Positions 34,459-36,823 of a stretch of DNA of 36,823 nucleotides are shown here, one piece after another (position 1 is the first letter of the stretch; each line of letters begins with the position of its first letter). Below the pieces are notes generated by a model. It was not told the origin of the DNA. It worked only from the letters and a program-made list of their open reading frames with translations, and did not search any database. The stretch is from Catajapyx aquilonaris (Eukaryota). A program made the translations under genes and the position numbers. The stretch lies in assembly GCA_000934665.2 (NCBI GenBank), contig KZ539006.1, forward strand, positions 1 through 36,823. Reading direction: 5' to 3'.

Positions 34459-36823
34459 TTTGATGGATTGAAACGACAAATCACTGCGCAAAAATAGCAA
34501 GAAGATAAGTAAATTTTTTTGTCACCAACCCAGGAGATGTCAATGAATGTCGGGGATTCAACGCGCAATCACATATAGGGTCTTTCACCCACAATATATG
34601 AGCTCTCCTAAAGGTCAGTCATTGAGACTGAACATCAAAGAGCAGCAACCTCAAATCTGTACAGACCGCACATTCCAAAAAATTATAGTATACACTAAGG
34701 GGGTCGCCCACAAAACGTATATTGGTCGACTCATACACTATACTGTGTGTACTGTATATAACAAGACCGCAGTGCACCACAGGAATTGCATGGCCTTGCT
34801 TCATGAGTCCTGAACCACGCAAAACCAAAAGTGGGGAGGGGGGAATCAAGGGAGAGGAGGGGGAGAGTATGAAAAAAAAACTGGATTCGCAAAGCTTGCT
34901 GACGCCCCTAAGATCATGGCCATTGTTTATCTACTGTGCGACCGAAATCAATGCCGAATGGACTGGTTTTCTGCAAGGTGGACTTATACTTCGTAAGTTT
35001 GTCATTGACGGACCAAGTGGGCCGGTTTTGGAGGGGGGAGCTAGGACAATAATTGCGACAGTAGAATTGACAAAAAAAATGAGTACCAATTAAAAAAGAT
35101 TTGCGCCTTTATAGAAATTCCATCATCTCCAACGAGACTTTCATTCTTAAGGACGACAACTTTCTATGAGTGGTTCCGGATTATTTAACATGTCCGGCAC
35201 GAACGTCCCAAGCATGATGAAATTTTTAGCTCCTGTTCATACGACAGCCATATAAAAAAAATTTACAAATGAAATATGACGTCGCAATAACTGGTCACTT
35301 ACCTCAGTACGTTATATAACCCAAAAAAATCCCCCGCCTGTAAGATAACTGCGCATCAGTACGTCATACACATTTTGAAAAAAAAAAATAAACCGGAAGT
35401 GTTTAGCACTCATAAAAATAATTGTGCTTATTGCCAAGTGTTGCGCTAACTACTTAAAAGGCGAGTTATAGCCATTAAAATCATTTTAAAAGACTGAATG
35501 TTAAGGCGCATCTCGTGCACAGAACCAGTTTATCCGAGGGTAAATGTTGCGGGGAACCCTTTTTTTCTTTTTTCTTCAAACATTAAAAAAAATTGTTAGA
35601 AGGCTCCCGCAGCTATTTTGCGTTTGTTTTAATTAAACCTCCAGCCAAGCAAGCATTGGCTTAACAGGTTGTCAAGTGTGTACTTGTTTTGTGGGGAGGG
35701 GCCAAAACCATTAAGGTTTTTCCGGGGAGGGGGAAAAGATAAAGTCTCCCTCGGTTTTCATTGAACACTTTTTTTTTTTTTTTGCAAGACTCATCCGTCA
35801 CTATGTAAGGATAGTAACACAACAAAGAAGCAAGGGGGTGCTGATGAGTCCGTATATCACTCCCGGATAAGCTGCCAGCGCCTATTGTCTTAACCCGGGA
35901 GGATCAATCTTTTTAGGACCTCAACCCGCCATCACCAATCATGTCATTTCCCCGCCTTTATAATTGTCTGAGGAGACCGCCTTTTTTTAAAAGATGCTAA
36001 AAAACGGCGGGGAAGAAATTGCTGGCTTTTAACTTCCAACCCGAGGTAACACACGCCTTTTCGTAACTTGCATCCTCCACCTGCGGGGGCAGAACATACC
36101 CCCCCNCCCCCCCCCCAAAAAAAAAAAAAAGTTTAAAAGACTTACACGCACATCAGGCAGCAGAAGCACGTGTGGACCTGCTTCACTTTGCACCAGATTC
36201 GACGCATGTAGGGCAAGCCAGATGCCAATTAGAATTTTTTAAAATTCATCAAGTCACACAGTAAACGCCATTATGAACATCTTCTAATTTGTAATTTTAA
36301 TTAATAAAATTCAAAAATGAAATTTAATTTCCAACCTAATATCTCAATGTTACTTTGTAAGTTAGGCCCTATCCGTAATATTCGATTGTTCACACGTGCT
36401 TAAATATTAATATTTATATAACATTTAGCTTAATATTTATTGTAATATGTAAATCTTAACATTTATTTTAGTATGCAATTCGTAATGGTCGACACAATTA
36501 CCGAATCGAATAAATGCAAGGGAAACCGACATATTCCCGGCAATATATTTTTGGGGGATAAAATGTCTATACGTATTCGATATTAATTATCGTCGCTCGA
36601 GTTTACCTATGTGCGAGGCTGGGTGAATTTTTGTGCAAAATTTGATGTTGTTTATTCCGACAAAAATGAAGTTTGTCAATTTTCGTGTCACTTTTCAAAG
36701 CCGAAAATAATAATTTTCTATAGCAGCGCCCAGCAGGTGCAATTTTGAATATTCCGCATAATTGATGCTTTTAATTTCATTCATTACGATCATGCCATCA
36801 AATTCTGGAGAAATATATTCTTG

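Noticed and set aside
223..35093. All remaining six-frame ORFs (60-178 aa)
   Set aside because: No recognisable domains; many start at non-ATG codons and are dominated by homopolymer-derived K/F/P/G runs, as expected for non-coding DNA
35835..35920. Hammerhead-ribozyme-like CTGATGA followed by a GTCCG/CGGAT stem (a similar case lies at ~23300)
   Set aside because: The required GAAA after stem II is missing, and stems I and III cannot be formed convincingly

Overview
This looks like eukaryotic, probably invertebrate-animal, non-coding DNA: intronic or gene-desert sequence with many homopolymer runs, no obvious CpG depletion and two assembly gaps. I cannot identify the species. None of the supplied ORFs resembles a real protein; several are artefacts of repeats or palindromes. 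Well-supported content is repetitive: several MITE-like palindromes, a Helitron-like dispersed family, four minisatellite-type arrays (two with fold-back architecture) and possibly a heavily decayed LINE endonuclease. The most interesting signal is on the minus strand: a textbook recursive-splice (ratchet) motif, U-rich tract+CAG|GTAAGT at 7763/7762, followed 73 nt later by a cryptic donor as in the RS-exon model. Other minus-strand splice signals and a dense GCAUG cluster suggest the window may lie inside a very long minus-strand intron. A duplicated palindromic module at 26.6-26.8 kb carries CTCF- and YY1-like motifs. All functional claims are predictions from sequence alone; no database search was run.
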